64,000 nt of DNA from Octopus vulgaris (Eukaryota). The stretch covers positions 56,916,001-56,980,000 of the forward strand of contig OX597819.1 of assembly GCA_951406725.2 (NCBI GenBank), in the 5' to 3' direction. The notes under the pieces were generated by a model. The model had not been told where the DNA came from and made no database searches. It saw only the letters and a program-made list of their open reading frames with translations. Both the position numbers and the translations under genes were made by a program. This document shows, one piece after another, positions 15,351 through 31,360 of this stretch. The number at the start of each line of letters is the position of its first letter. Position 1 is the first letter of the stretch.

Positions 15351-15459
15351 AATTATCTACCAAACAATACCTCCATCACATTTCTCTTTCTGTATAAGTA
15401 TATACATACATATATATACATAAATGTTTATGCCAATATCGAATATATATATATATGTA

Positions 15460-15656
15460 ACGGGAAGGTTTACGAAAATAAACAAAAGACGAAGGCAGGT
15501 GGAGTACAAACAAACAATGTATTACTATGGCGTTCAGGAATAGAAATAAAACAAGTCTTTTACGTCTCAAGCCTACGCTCTTCGACAGAAAGATACACAG
15601 AAAAGAAACAAGGAGAGAAAAAAATTTGCGTGTAGGGGCTAACGATCCAACATGGC
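15460..15656 (-). mobile_element. Same short (TA)n-embedded repeat family; hammerhead-like motif at 15557-15592
   Basis: Minus strand CTTT-CTGTCGA-A-GAGC(GTAG)GCTT-GAGA-CG-TA-AAAG; (TA)n on both sides. Confidence 0.7.
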
Positions 15657-15657
15657 A

Positions 15658-15688
<31 letters not shown>

Positions 15689-16136
15689 GTAAACTAGGTA
15701 ATTTGCTTTAAAAAACTCGTCCATAGGTATCGGCTATCATCCAATAAGATCGATATAACACTGGCTATATACATTTGTGATATCCCTAGAAATTATTCAA
15801 AAATATGAATAATAGAAAATGGATTCAGCAGTACCTTTTGTTCCATAACCCTACACTTGTTTCAGCGGTAGATTCTCCAGTAGAAACATTATTGAAGCGT
15901 GATATAAAATATTACAGAGATGTACTTGCATAGCAAGTGATTTGATCTGAGATCGCGTGCTAGAACGAAAACAATTGCAGCGTGGAAGGTGTCTATAAGC
16001 CATTTAAGAAACACGGATTTTTGTCAGTGAACAGGCCGCGATCTTATAGCGACGAAAATATTCTGACAAATTGAACTTAAATGTTGAAGTGAATCGAACG
16101 GCTTTTGATATAAGATATATATTACCTCATAATGAC

Positions 16137-16182
<46 letters not shown>

Positions 16183-16239
16183 GTTGTTGTTGTTGTTGTT
16201 GTTGTTGTTCTTGTTATTATTATCATTATCTTCATCATT

Positions 16240-16497
16240 GCCTTTGCACAGCTTCTAACCCTGGAGATGTACTACGGTGTCAGCTGTTCAGTACCAGTGA
16301 ACTAAAGTAACACCTCTTATATTTCGAACACCTTCCGGAGTACTCGAGAGGTTCTAAGCAATGCTGCTTTCTGCAAGTGCCCCACCCTTATTGCAGCTCC
16401 TGTATCTTCCATGTACTTCTCGAGATTTTTACTCACGGTTCCTAGGGCTCCGACAATTATTGGCACCTCTAGCACCCTTTTGATCGACCACAACTGC
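16240..16497 (-). mobile_element. 3' terminal fragment of an R4/Dong-like non-LTR retrotransposon running into a (TAA)n-containing tract
   Basis: Minus-strand translation QLWSIKRVLEVPIIVGALGTVSKNLEKYMEDTGAAIRVGHLQKAALLRTSRVLRKVFEI*, homologous to the C-terminus at 53030-53200; triplet repeats (TAT/TGT) at 16137-16238. Confidence 0.8.
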
Positions 16498-16595
16498 TAT
16501 GTGTACACAAAACATTTGATCACTATAAACAAATCATCTGTTGTTCAGCAAGAAACTGACAAACCATCATATGTTGTCTAACGACGGGAGAATCC

Positions 16596-16644
<49 letters not shown>

Positions 16645-16899
16645 TTCGTAACGCGGAGTAGATGAAATAGGGATAACTAAAGAAAGGTAATATTCTTTGT
16701 ATTGCATGTCACTTCTCTCTGTTTTCTCCGTTGTTCGAAAAAGAATTCGTTTGTATGTTTTTGTTTTTATGTTTTCCTTCTCATTGTGTTCAACTTTTTT
16801 TGGGATAGCCTGTACCCATATATGCATGTATATATACATATATATGTAGGCATGTTCATGTATGTATGTATATATGCGTATATTAATATTATATATATA

Positions 16900-17152
16900 T
16901 ATGGTTCCTGGTTCAGTCTCACTGCGTGGCACCTTGGGATAGTGTTTCTACTATAGCCTTGACAACCGATGCTGGTGCGTTTACATCTCCGTAACATAGC
17001 GGTTCGGCAAAAGATGCCGATAGAATAGGTACTAGTCTTACAAAGAATAAGGCTTGGGATTGATATTTGCTCGACTAAAGGCGGTGCTCCAGCATAGCCA
17101 TATTCAAATGACTGAAAAAATAAAAGAGTAAAAGAGTAAAAGATTAAAAGAG
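16900..17152 (+). mobile_element. SINE type A, internally deleted
   Basis: ggttcagtctcactgcgtggcaccttggg...gactaaaggcggtgctccagcat...taaaagagtaaaagag. Confidence 0.85.
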
Positions 17153-17166
17153 TAATATATATATAC

Positions 17167-17230
<64 letters not shown>

Positions 17231-17524
17231 CGTATAAATATATATATATATATATATATATACATAATACATATATATATACAAATTCAGTAATATGCAA
17301 CACATACAACATAAATCGTAGATTTATTAAAGTTATATCCGCCTCTAGATGTAATGTCGCAATTAGGAGATGGCCTGTTTTAATTAAGAACTTGAGATGA
17401 TTTCATGTATCAAAGACTCTTCGAAGTTGACATACTATTAAGAAAAAGGAGAGGAGGACACGCTTAATGCCAACAATGGAAAAGGAGAGTTATCGTCCTG
17501 TTTTATGTCAATATGCATCCTCAG

Positions 17525-17940
17525 GGCGGCGAGCTGGCAGAAACGTTAGCACGCCAGGCTAAATGATTTGCGGTATTTCGTATGCCGCTAGGTTCTGAGT
17601 TCAAATTCCGCCGAGGTCGACTTTGCCCTTGATCCTTTCGGGGTCGATAAAATAAGTACCAGTTACGCACTGGTGTCGATAAAATCGACTCAATCCGTTT
17701 GTCTGTCCTTGTTTGTCCTCTCTGTGTTTAGCCCCTTGTGGGCAATAAAGAAATAGGTATTTCGCCTGCCGTTACGTTCTGATTTCAAACTCCACCGAGG
17801 TCGACTTTGCTTTTCATCCTTTCGGGGTTGATTCAATAATTAACAGTTACGCACTGGAGTCGATCTAATCGACTTAATCCTTTTGACTGTCCTTGTTCCC
17901 TCTATGTTTAGACCCGCGTGGGCAATGCAATAAAGAAATA
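17525..17940 (+). mobile_element. SINE type B with duplicated body
   Basis: GGCGGCGAGCTGGCAGAAACGTTAGC head, 'ttctgagttcaaattccgccgaggtcgac', second unit from about 17760. Confidence 0.9.
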
Positions 17941-18183
17941 AAAATATTTCAGTACGACAAATGTCCTGGCTTACGTCTAGAACTCGTGCAACATGCAACA
18001 ACACAGAAGGGACGCAATTATTGTTTAGGTATTTTCCATGACTCAAACAAATATGAAAAAAGCTAATTAACTCACTCTGGCCAGTGAAATATATGTAAAC
18101 AAGACAGACAACTACGGGTATACACATTTCTCTGAGTAATAACCCCTATCTCCCCCAGTCCCTCTCTTTCTTTGCCTGTCTAC

Positions 18184-18227
<44 letters not shown>

Positions 18228-18869
18228 ATATCTATCTATCAAACTTTATGATATTTATGTATAACACATTCAAACACGTACTTGTACACACAGACATATC
18301 TGTCCATCCATACATCACCCACACACCTACACACACACTCACACACACACAGACAATATATATATATTGTTAAGCTTAGTTAAGTTAATTTATATATATG
18401 TATGTGTGTGAGTGTGTGTGGGTTGTGTTTATTGTCGCCTCGATGTTTCACTGGTAATGTCTTATCCAAACATTGAATCGGATGAAAATTCAGAGCTACA
18501 TTTTAAGAAAAAAAACACAGAAAGTATTACAACCTACACATGCAGTGAGCGCCCGTATCCAACGCTGTATCTATGAGCATTTAAACATACGTACATATAT
18601 AAGAACAGGTAAATAAATACATTGATTTCAACATATACATACAAACCCACCTTGACACATACATATGCATAATGCATACATACATATATACATATATATA
18701 TGTACATATATGTATATATACATACATATATATATATATATGTATATATATGTATATATATGTATATATATGTGTGTATATATATATATATATGTTTGTG
18801 TGCGTATATATATATATACATGTGCATATATATACATATATATATATACATACATTTATATATATATAC

Positions 18870-18930
<61 letters not shown>

Positions 18931-19661
18931 TGTGTATTCATGTACTCATGAAACACGTTTTGTTTTGTACGCTATATAGGAAATGTACACAAGAGTCAAC
19001 ACTTTGTTTTGGAGGCGTTTCAATAGAGAAGTTGTACAATACGCAAACACACACACGCACACATACACATGCACACACATGTAGATATATACAACACATA
19101 CATAAAGTACTTAAAAATATAAACAAACATAAAAAAACAACAGGATATTGACAAAATTGCATCCATACTTTTATTCATCATCTATTGTATTTGGAGAATA
19201 ATAGAGGAATGTTGTTGTCTCTTTGTGTTTTCCATCTCCAAGTTTGAAAGCACGCAAGTGAAGGCCATTGTTAGAACGTTATTACGTGTATTAACAAAAA
19301 GTAGCATCAGTTTTCTACAACAGCAAATGCGAAAGTAGAAACAAGTACGGAATAAGATGTCATGAAGGAACAACATCTCGACAAAATGCCACAAGAAATT
19401 CGAGGAAGAATTGTGTAGTAACGACTAAAGAAAACAAATTAAATTTTTACTTGTAATAATATTATTTAAAAATCAATAACTGATCACTAGTTTACTGTTG
19501 ATAAGAACAACAATGAAATTCTCGATGTTTGAAAATGTTGGCTATAGCAACTATTTATTTTGCTGTCCTCCTATCAAGGACATTTCAAATACTTAATAAG
19601 ATTTTCTATGTAGCTGTATATACGTAAGTATGTACGATTGTGTCTATGAATATGTATATGA

Positions 19662-20621
<960 letters not shown>

Positions 20622-20640
20622 TATATATATATATATACAG

Positions 20641-20785
<145 letters not shown>

Positions 20786-20802
20786 TACATATATAATATG
20801 TT

Positions 20803-20909
20803 ACAATTAGTTGGTTGTCATAATAAAACTCAGTTTTTCGAATACCGGGGCTGAAAACTGCTCCGGTGTCCGAAACTATGACTTTTATTATGACAACCAA
20901 CTAATTGTC
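20803..20909. repeat. Foldback hairpin of about 107 bp
   Basis: acaattagttggttgtcataataaaa pairs with ttttattatgacaaccaactaattgt; the inner segment also pairs imperfectly. Confidence 0.85.
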
Positions 20910-21024
20910 ACATTATATTTATAGACAAATTCCTATATTTTACATAATATCGAGGTCTCATTCATTCTTTTGTTGTCATATTATCATTATTATTAATATA
21001 TATATATATATAAATAATTTATAT

Positions 21025-21170
21025 ATCGACCCCAGGAATTACTCCTTGTAAGCCTAGTACATATTCTATCGGTCTCTAAGTTATGGCGACGTAAACATTC
21101 CTGCATCGGTTCTCAAGCGATATTGCGAGGACAAACACAGACACACAAACACCCCGCCTCACACACACAC

Positions 21171-21201
<31 letters not shown>

Positions 21202-21364
21202 CGACGGGCTTCTTTCAGTTTCCGTCTACCAAATCCACTCACAAGGATTTGGTCGGCCCGAGGTTATAGTAGAAGACAATCGCCCAAGGTGCCACGCAGT
21301 AGGACTGAACTCGCAACCATGTGGTTGGTAAGCAAGCTACTTGCCACAAAGCTACTCCTGCGCC
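21025..21364 (-). mobile_element. SINE type A
   Basis: Reverse complement of the type A head ends at 21364 (ctcctgcgcc). Confidence 0.9.
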
Positions 21365-21368
21365 TTAG

Positions 21369-21460
21369 AAAAGATATGGAACGCTTCACGATTTTGCTTG
21401 TCATCCTTGCGCAAGGGCCATGCTAATGTTCTCTGTATCGTTCCAATTTTAGAATTTGTA
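21369..21460 (-). pseudogene. U6: U6 snRNA pseudogene lacking the canonical 5' stem-loop
   Basis: Minus strand CTAAAATTGGAACGATACAGAGAACATTAGCATGGCCCTTGCGCAAGGATGACAAGCAAAATCGTGAAGCGTTCCATATCTTTT matches U6 (ACAGAGA box, AGC triad) with several substitutions. Confidence 0.93.
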
Positions 21461-21467
21461 TCGCTAC

Positions 21468-21533
21468 AGCTAGTACAAACTTTTGGAAATTTTAACAAAA
21501 TTGTAACAAAATTTCCAAAAGTTTGTACTAGCT
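21468..21533. repeat. Perfect 26-bp inverted repeat with a 14-nt loop
   Basis: agctagtacaaacttttggaaatttt / aaaatttccaaaagtttgtactagct. Confidence 0.95.
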
Positions 21534-22249
21534 TGCCTATTTGTCTTACAACCTTCCAGAAGTAACATAAGTAAAAATAGTATACACACATTATTACAAT
21601 TTTGCATATGCCAATAATGAAAAATGTTTTGTTGTACATTCTCATCCATTCTAGATATTGATTTCAGATTCTCTCGAGTATCATTTTTGCTCTACATCCA
21701 TATCGGCATAAGTTTAAAACAAAAATATAAGACACGTATGGAATGATAACAACACATTCCACCAATAGGGTGGGTCGATTTTGGAACTGTTATCTTAGAC
21801 TAGTCTTGATACAAAAGTATTAATGTATCGAAAACGTTGCATTAACTCTTATTTATGAAAATGATTGTATATTTTGAACATTCCCAGTTAATTTTATGTT
21901 GTAAAATTTTATACACAAAAAGCCAACCATTGGACCTAATTTAATCAAAATAACCAATTGAAATTTATCGTTTTCAACAAAACGATGCCTAGAACATGTA
22001 TAAATGCTTTATAGATGTTTATTGATGTATCATTTTGTACTCTCTAATGATATTTGCCTCTCAAATTCTTATTGAATTAAACTATTTTCAGATATTTCAT
22101 AATAATGTGTAAAAAAAGAAATCTGCAGTATTAACTCGAAGTGATAGTGCCAAAACATTCTGTGGTCAGCATTCCCCTTTAGATAAAACAGAGCCTCCTT
22201 CAGTACAATTATACCCCACAAAACAGTAATCCACCCTGATTTAAAACAC

Positions 22250-22480
22250 AAGGATATTGCTAAAGTAATAGCAAAGGATGTAATTGGGATCTGGCAAGCA
22301 ATAAACGAACGGCTGCTCCTGTATGAGGAATATTATGCGATAAAATTAGTGGATAAAATGTGCTCAAGAAAGCAAAAGAGATAAACCGCAAATCTCCTTC
22401 AACAGTCTAGGAGCAGAATAAGGAGGAAAATCTGGATAAATGTTTTGACATTTCTGCTTCACTTATTCGTCCTTGTGATG
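22250..22480 (+). mobile_element. Possible DNA-transposase relic (Sola-like?)
   Basis: Translation DIAKVIAKDVIGIWQAINERL...KEENLDKCFDISA resembles 'IW...LFDI' segments of some DDE transposase N-termini; recalled similarity only. Confidence 0.25.
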
Positions 22481-25400
22481 AGGTGGGATTTGTAAACTTG
22501 GTCTCACCGAAAACGTTTCTGACCAGGAATTTAATAAGCATTACTGAATGGCAACAAGCTGGAACTGCCTGATTTGCCATCAAATTCTCAGAGTGTTGGA
22601 AGAGGAGTGAAGCTGACATCTGAAGCATCCTATACTGTTCAGGGATTCGAATCAAGCACAAACACATTCTAGCCAAAGCCCTAAACCACCTTATGAGGCC
22701 TCCCTTTGCTTCTAATGGCTCTTACATATTAAGCCCTCACTTACTCAATTAGTCCAAAGTTATTAACTACAAACGTGTGGAAAATCAACCTGTCCTATTC
22801 ACCAGTACCACTTCAGTTCAAATAAACATCATATGCTAATAATGATGTATACGGAATATGAGTAGAAAATATTTCCTCGAAATGTGCATTGTGTGCCCTG
22901 AGCATACACCACCCACGTTCCTTCATTCCTGTTTGAATTTCTTTTTCACGTTACTTGTTTTCAAGTCCTTATTGAGAAAATCGTTAGCGTTACAACTAGC
23001 AGTATTATATTTTTAAATGTAGGTTCCTCATACTTTAAAAGTACAGCAGAGAAATCGATAAACCATTGAAGTAACTTTACTACATGTCCGTATATTGGAA
23101 ATATATGGCTTCAACTGGATCTTAGTTACGTTTAGCTAAGAGCTATACCGTACGTTACTTTAATGAATTTAATTTCGTGTATATGTACGATTGATTCCAA
23201 CTAATAAAGTTTCTAATTTTTGCACAAGGCCAACGGTTGCAAAGAACAAGTAGATTACACTGGCCCCAATATCTGCTTAATATTAATTTAATCCGGCAAG
23301 ATGAAAGGCAAAAGCTGACCACTGCAGAATTTGAAATCAGAATCTAAAGACCCAAAATATATACCACTAAATATTTTGTCCAGCATAAAAATGATTCTGC
23401 CAGCGTGCTGACATACAAATATTAAAATAATAGGGAAAACAATTGCAGAGAGTGCCTTAGCATGGGCGCTGACCGGTAACTGAAAAAATGGAAGAATAGA
23501 AAAAGAACTAATTCATATACTCTAACTAAGAATGCAGTAATATTATTTTTATCAATGAAGTATTAATATAATGTTTTATGAAGCATTCTTAGAAAAAGAA
23601 TGGTTCACTTGCTGCGAGGATTCAAAGAATATACTATTTCGATATGCTACGATTCGAACTCGTCACAACGTGGCACATGTAACGAAAGGATTTTGTCGCT
23701 CGGAATGCTTCACATAGATAAGAGATAGCTAATTAAAGATTTCAGAGTCAGATATGCGATATCTTATAATTTACAGTAAAAACACACCACACCTTATTGA
23801 AGATACTAAAGTCAAGAATGTAAGAATCTTCAATCCTCCAAGACGTGGAAACCTCATGATTATTTGAATATTTCTACGCACAAGCTTCTGTGGACACATC
23901 ATATAACTAGCTTTCTCTGATTTCAGATTATATATACTTTATACAGTTGACAGCAGAAGGTATTAAAAGAGTGTAACATTGATGACATCCATAATGACTT
24001 CAGTTTAATCGCAAATTGAAATCTGTTTGGTGTTTCAGCGGAAATTGAAACTCAAATCATGGGCTTGTGGTGTTTCTCACAACGTATTAATATAATGGAT
24101 TCTGATTTGTGAACAAGCGAGAAATTGACCATCGATCATAGTACTTGAGTGATAGTTTATTTTATAGACTACTAATGTTGAAAGGCAATTTTTTGTCCCG
24201 GGCGCGATTTGAAACCAGAACGTAATTATCAAGTAGAAACAAAAAAGAAAAAAACATTCCCTGCAATGCTCAAATGATTCCACCAACTCACTGCCATATA
24301 AACAACAATACTGAGAAAACAACTGGACGGGGTCTCTAGCGATTTCTTTATTGGACGGGGGCTCTAGCATGACAGCATATCAGTTATTGAAACAAATAAA
24401 ACAATAGAAATAGTGTCAATAATAATCTTATAAACTTTGATTAATATGGTTAACAAATTCGTTTGGCAAAAGCGATGTTTCGAGTTCGGTCACGGCGTGA
24501 CACATTAGAGAATTGTTTCCTTAGCCTCAAGCCGACAATTACTTTGCGAATGAATCTGATTGACAGAAATTATGCAGAAGACAGTTGAAAATATATATAA
24601 CACCAACAAAGAGAGGACAAATTTCAAAGTTCAGTGTTCTTAATCACTCAATATATTTCAGAGCATCGGAATACTTCGCAGCATACATAGGTGCATCTAT
24701 ATACATAATATAATATAAAAATATATAAATATATAAAAAAAAACATATAAATGTGCCTGCATGAGATCTTATGAGGTTGTATATCCGTACTGGAAATCAC
24801 TGAGGATATTAAAATATGCACATGGTGAATGTAAAGCAGTAATAGATAAAAAATAGATGAAATTCTGGTACAAGAGGATTTTAAGAAGAATCTTCAGAAA
24901 CTTTAAAAATTCTGCTTTTTAAAATTAAAAAAAAATAACTCTTTTGTATATCTTCTTATTATACCTCTAATAAGAGAAATGTGAATGGTTGTTATGGTTG
25001 GAAATAATTCACCCATCTCAACCTACATATTCTCGAAAAGGCCGTCAGAATTTGTACCTGCTGAAGATTCTCCTTAAAATCATCTTATATTACAATATAT
25101 GTTCGTAAACATATATACAAAAACACAAGTTAAAAATATATATGCGAATAAAAGGAACACAGATATATAGAACGGCCTATCAAAAAAGTACTTACAATCG
25201 GCTAAAAATTCTAAAGCGTGTCTTGCGGCTAAAAATTTAAATAGAATAAAATATCAATCGACTTACTCTCCTCAAAGAAAACAGTGCGTCAAAAAAGTTC
25301 ATTTCATAAAAACCATGGTATGTTGGAGTCCAGGACCAAAATGAGTTTCACAAAATCAATATCATGAAGCTATAGTAGAAGAAACTTGCCCAAGGTACCA

Positions 25401-25571
25401 CGCAGTGGCACTCAACCCGGAAACATGGTTCCTTGGGCAAGTTTCTTCTACTATCGCTTCGGGCCGACCAAACCCGTGTGACACACAAACACACACCTAT
25501 ATCTATATCTATCTATCTATGTATTTATCTATCTCTCTATATATGTATACATACATACATACATATATATA

Positions 25572-25697
<126 letters not shown>

Positions 25698-25723
25698 GTA
25701 TATATATATATATATATATACAT

Positions 25724-25771
<48 letters not shown>

Positions 25772-25799
25772 GTATATGTATATACGAGCAAAACGCCTC

Positions 25800-26336
25800 T
25801 CGTCCAATGGATGGTGCTGAGTTGTCAAATATTTAAACCAAACTCCGCATCTCCTCAACATTCATCTCACGGGCACGTCATCATTGCAAACTTCAAAAAA
25901 TGATGGATTTGCTCAGGCACGGCCTTTTGTTCGGAGCAGTTCTTTGTTTCACACACAACGTGAAAAGGGAGAAGAGAGGCTTACCGCATGCCCACATCCT
26001 TCTGTGGCTAAAGATCAGGCTTTTTGGGTATCTTAAATGTACTTCATTTTTTGGCATTATTTCAAGCCAACCAGCTTTTTTTGCGCAAGCAAAACCTGCA
26101 TTTTTCTCGCGTACGCGTAGTATAGATCGCAACAGCTGATGTACTTGCGCGTACAAATGCATGTTCCCACGGCTTTATTGATCGCATTCTCACCTGGAAT
26201 AGATTTTTGTAATTTTTTGAAGACTTATATACGCCCTGATACCGTCGGTATCTACATATCAAGTTTCAGCGTAATCGGATGGAGGATGCCCGAGATTCTA
26301 AAAGACACACACACATACACACACACACAACGATTT

Positions 26337-26340
<4 letters not shown>
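25800..26340 (+). mobile_element. Helitron RepHel fragment plus non-coding Helitron-like tail
   Basis: [42 protein letters not shown] matches the Helitron Rep HUH motif (EwQKRGLPHaHiLlwl); ends 'cacaacgattttatata' in (TA)n. Confidence 0.8.
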
Positions 26341-26411
<71 letters not shown>

Positions 26412-26859
26412 TATATGTGTGTGTATACATACATACGTATATATATATATATATATATCTACATACATCCACACAATAAAATACATATACATATACACAA
26501 TATATATATGCACATTGAAAAACACATACATATATATAGACATCAGCTGCGTGCTATTATATTGATCAAGTTTATAGAAAGTTTGTAACATCGCACTAAT
26601 CCGATATTTTAATGGCAAAAATACTTAATTCGTCTAATATTTTCTTTCATAGGATAAAGATTTCTTTCAACTGTGTCCAAATTAACATTTAAGCGTTTGC
26701 AAAAGGAGATTATTTGTAGTCTTCAACACTATTAACAGAAAATCGGCATCTTACTCTTATTACTGAGGATTTTCCTCCAAAAGTATATTAAAACAAAGTT
26801 TCCAAAGCAACATTTCATTCATTCAACTTAATGTGCTTTCCAACCAAACGTTGTTGTTG

Positions 26860-27161
26860 TTGTTTGTTCCTACTCGAACCACGCATGGCTCATATGGCTG
26901 GTTTCTCGGTTTTCTTGGCGTATAGGTTCCCCAACTGGACTGGATACCGGTCCGTCGCCGGTGAGCTGCAAGATGTAGGAGGAAAGAGTGAGATAAAGTT
27001 GTGGCGAAAGAGTCAGCAGAAGTTCGCCATTACCTTCTTCCGGAGCAGCGTGGAGCTTAGGTGTTTCGCTCATAAACGCACACATCGACCGGTCTGAGAT
27101 TCGAACCTGCGATCCCTGGACCGCGAGTCCGCTGCTCTAACCACTAGGCCATGTGCCTCCA
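26860..27161 (-). mobile_element. tRNA(Arg-like)-derived SINE type C
   Basis: Minus strand GGAGGCACATGGCCTAGTGGTTAGAGCAGCGGACTCGCGGTC...GGTTCGAATC with A and B boxes. Confidence 0.85.
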
Positions 27162-29096
27162 CCCAACATAACGTACTTTGTTGATTAAAATTAGACTTTT
27201 ATATAGAGAAAACAATCGGAATGGTTTTATTATTACCCACAAGGGGCAGAAAACAATCGGAATGTTTATGTGGTAATTAAACTGTGGTATTTGGAGACTG
27301 GTGTATTCTAATATATTTTAGAATTAAAATAGCTCTACCTATGATTACTTCGAGTGGCAGGAAGGTTAAACCCTTAGCATATTAGTTTCGGCTCTCTGAG
27401 TTCAATTTTTTCTGAGATAATTTTTTTCTTTCATCCTTCCAGGTTGGATAAATTGGGTCTGTAATGTACTCCGAATGATTATTTTTTTGTTATTTTCTAT
27501 CTCTCTTAGTCTTTCACAATCGTACACTTCTCCAAAAGAGTGTTATGGAGGATCATTAAATAAATGAAGAAAGCCTATCCGAGGTCTTCCCATGTAACAT
27601 GGTGTATAATCTGTAAACAGAAAGGATATTATGTCATGCTAGGTTAGAAAAGGTTTCATTCAATTCCAAAACATTTGTTCCTGTACTTTGAAGGGTTTCA
27701 ATGCACTTGTGGGTTTTTCAACTAAGTAAACTTGGAAAAGTTGTGGGCTGTGCATTGTTTTGATAAACTTCACCAATGAAATGTTGATTTTGTGTTAGCT
27801 TTGTGCCATGCTAAACAGTCGTACTTTCACATAGCATGTTCCAGCTTCCGTATTACCATTTGTATTGTTAGACAAAACACAGCCAGCAAAGTAACCTTTA
27901 GAATATTGCTTCAACTCAGAGAAATATCATGTAAATCATTCTCAAATAAAATTTATAACTTAAGAACACACATTGAATTTTATAGTCCAATTTAAATTCC
28001 TATGTTTACAATGTATTTGACGATAACAATTTCATAAAGATAATAAATCAAATTATCTTTTATGATAATACGAAAAATATACACTACCTGAGTTTCTATT
28101 AATCATGTTACGGATACAAGCAACGAAAGTTCTAAATCATAGATAATAAGAATTGTATCAGAAGGTAACACTTTCTTTATTTATGGTATATTCAAAAATT
28201 GATATTCATAAACACATACATCGTGTAGTATGAACAAGTTTTACCTAAGTGGAGAAAATAGAAAATTTATGAATAAATTTCAGCTCTAATATCAATTTTG
28301 TAGAGGAATGGAAAATAACAGGGACCTAACCGATTTCATCCCCAAACCACAATCAAGAATTACACACCCTGCCTATACTAACCGCCTCGGCATCATCAGC
28401 ATCGTCGTGATTACCACTCTCCACTTCCCCTGCTTTTGCTCATCACCATCATCAGCATGGTCATAATAAGATTAGTGGCGTAGGAAACTTTAACAATCCA
28501 GAATTTTATATTTTTGTTTTTCAGTAAGCAATTTCTCTCTCTTAATACGGAATATATCTGTCTTATGAATTTCAACGATCGATGAAGAAAAATTGACCTC
28601 CCAAAATAAGTGACTAGAAATTTATAATTCAATTCATCGACAATACTACGAAGGAGAGCGCTATTTCCTTTTTTTCCCCCCAATCACCGTAGTTGGTGAA
28701 CTAATTTTGATAATTAGAATCTTGCTCCAGGCGTAGCTTCAGGCCAAAAGTTAAACTCATCTTGCCAGCAGGAAAAACCGTTTCCTGGTTAATTAAGTAG
28801 TTTATTGTGGAGAGTTGACTTGTTTAACAGTTTCAGGTTTGCAGCGGGAAATTGTTTCAATTCGTCTATACAATAGCCGTTCTATGATTCTCAAATACTT
28901 TCTCAATAACAACAGTCAAGTATTCCTAACCTAATGAGTATTCACACAGATACATAAGCATACACAAGCAAAAAGTCAAGCACACATACACACACACATG
29001 CACACACATGGTCACACTTACACATGCATACATATGTACATACAGACATAAACGCATACATATACATACATGTATATATATAAAGATATATATGCA

Positions 29097-29149
<53 letters not shown>

Positions 29150-30630
29150 CACCCTTGACCAAATGTATTAGGCCACCCCGATGTTTTTGGGTTCTGCTAT
29201 CTCAATGTTAAAGCAGTGCAAATGGTAGATTATGGTATATTTTACGATATACATTAGTTTTAATATTTACTTGACCCTTTAATATCAATTACCCCTTTTA
29301 TACGGTTAGATATTGAATTAACAAGTTTCTTGCAGGTGCTAGGCGCAATTTTTCTCCATTCGTCTCTCAACTGTTGATACAAATGCTCTTTATTTTTAAT
29401 TGTTGTGTTCCTGAGAGCTTTATAAAGTGTTCTCTATAGGTATTCGATCGGATGTAGATCGAGACATTGAGCTGACAAGTCCAAGGGAACAATAATTTGT
29501 GTCTCAAGCCTTTGACGATTATTCCTTGCTGTTTGACATGGAGCGTTGTCCTTTTGAAAGGTAACACTGTTTTGCCACACTCCAGGATGTAATCAGCAAT
29601 TGATGACTCTAAAACGTCCGATAACATACAAACATAGGTAGCTGAATTCATCCTTCCTTGATATAAAAAACATTTCTCTGGGTCTTGTGACAGACATACA
29701 GGCCCACACCATGATAGAAAACCCCCATGTTTCACGGTTGGCACCAGACATTCAGCCTTAAATGCTTCCCCAACTCTGTGAAGCACGAAAGTTGCACCAG
29801 ATGTACCGAAAACTTGAGTAAAAACATGAAAAATAATATTAGCTTTATGTTGGATGCTTTTCTTTTGTATATTTCGGGCAACAAACCAGTTGCATTAAGT
29901 TTATATGTTGATTGAATACATGTACTATCTTACCTCAAAGTTACTTTCATCAGACTTTACAAGACTTTCGACCATTGCTCACTGGTCCAATTTGAGTGGT
30001 TATTGTCCCACTGAAGACCGTACTCTATAAGCCTTCTTCTAACAGATCTGGTTGATATTAATTTGTGAAGTACATGCCTCGTTGAAGTCCGTACAACGCT
30101 CTGACGATGTTTTTCTCCTGTTTCTGAGCGACTGACGGATAATGGATCTGTCATCACAAGCTGATGTAACCATTTTTCTATCGGGTCTTAGTCATTACAT
30201 CTTTGGTCTTCCTGAAGAGCTTGAGAGTCGTTTGCACCGAAATTCGAAAACATTTCATCTTCTGAGCAATTTGCCTTTGAAACATTCCCTCTTCATGATG
30301 CGCTACGATTTGACCTCGCTCACACTCCCTCAACTCCCTTGTTTTAGCCGTTTTACTGTTTATTAGCTGTATCTACAACGTATTTTAGTATAAAATTGTG
30401 AAATAATCAAGGAAGCATAAGTTAACTTTGGACTTTGGTCTTACTCATAATTGGTTGCATATGTACAGAATAAAAGTGGTAATTGATGCTAACGGAGGGT
30501 CAACCGGATATTAAATCTAATGTATATTGTGAACTATACCATAATCTACCATGTGCACGAGTTTCACTAACTGTGAGATAGCAGAACCCCGAAATATTGG
30601 GGGGGGGGGAAATACTTTTGGCGAAGACTG
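29150..30630 (-). mobile_element. Decayed Tc1/mariner DNA transposon with ~150-bp TIRs
   Basis: TIRs CACCCTTGACCAAATGTATT...gggttctgctatctca...atggtagattatggtata and its inverse at about 30472-30630; transposase motifs WTSEQWSKVL/SDES, PTVKHGG and CLDLHPIEYL (SPDLNPIEN-like), with frameshifts; TA-rich flanks. Confidence 0.92.
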
Positions 30631-30700
30631 CATATATATATATGAAATATAGACTTTCTAAATGTCTCAAAGAGAGATGAGTGGTGGTGGAGCGATAGAA

Positions 30701-31181
<481 letters not shown>

Positions 31182-31324
31182 GAAATCAAATATAAAATAT
31201 AAAATATAAATTACAAAGTGGGACAAGAACGCAAAAACACACAAAGAGACGACACAAAAAAACAGACAGGTCACTCGAAGCCTCTAATATTCAGTCGGAA
31301 CCGGATCATCTTAGCAATTTCGGC

Positions 31325-31360
<36 letters not shown>

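Noticed and set aside
21369-21460. Functional U6 gene
   Set aside because: The 5' stem-loop is missing and there are substitutions at conserved positions (GAAGATTAGC to GAACATTAGC, ACACG to ACAAG)
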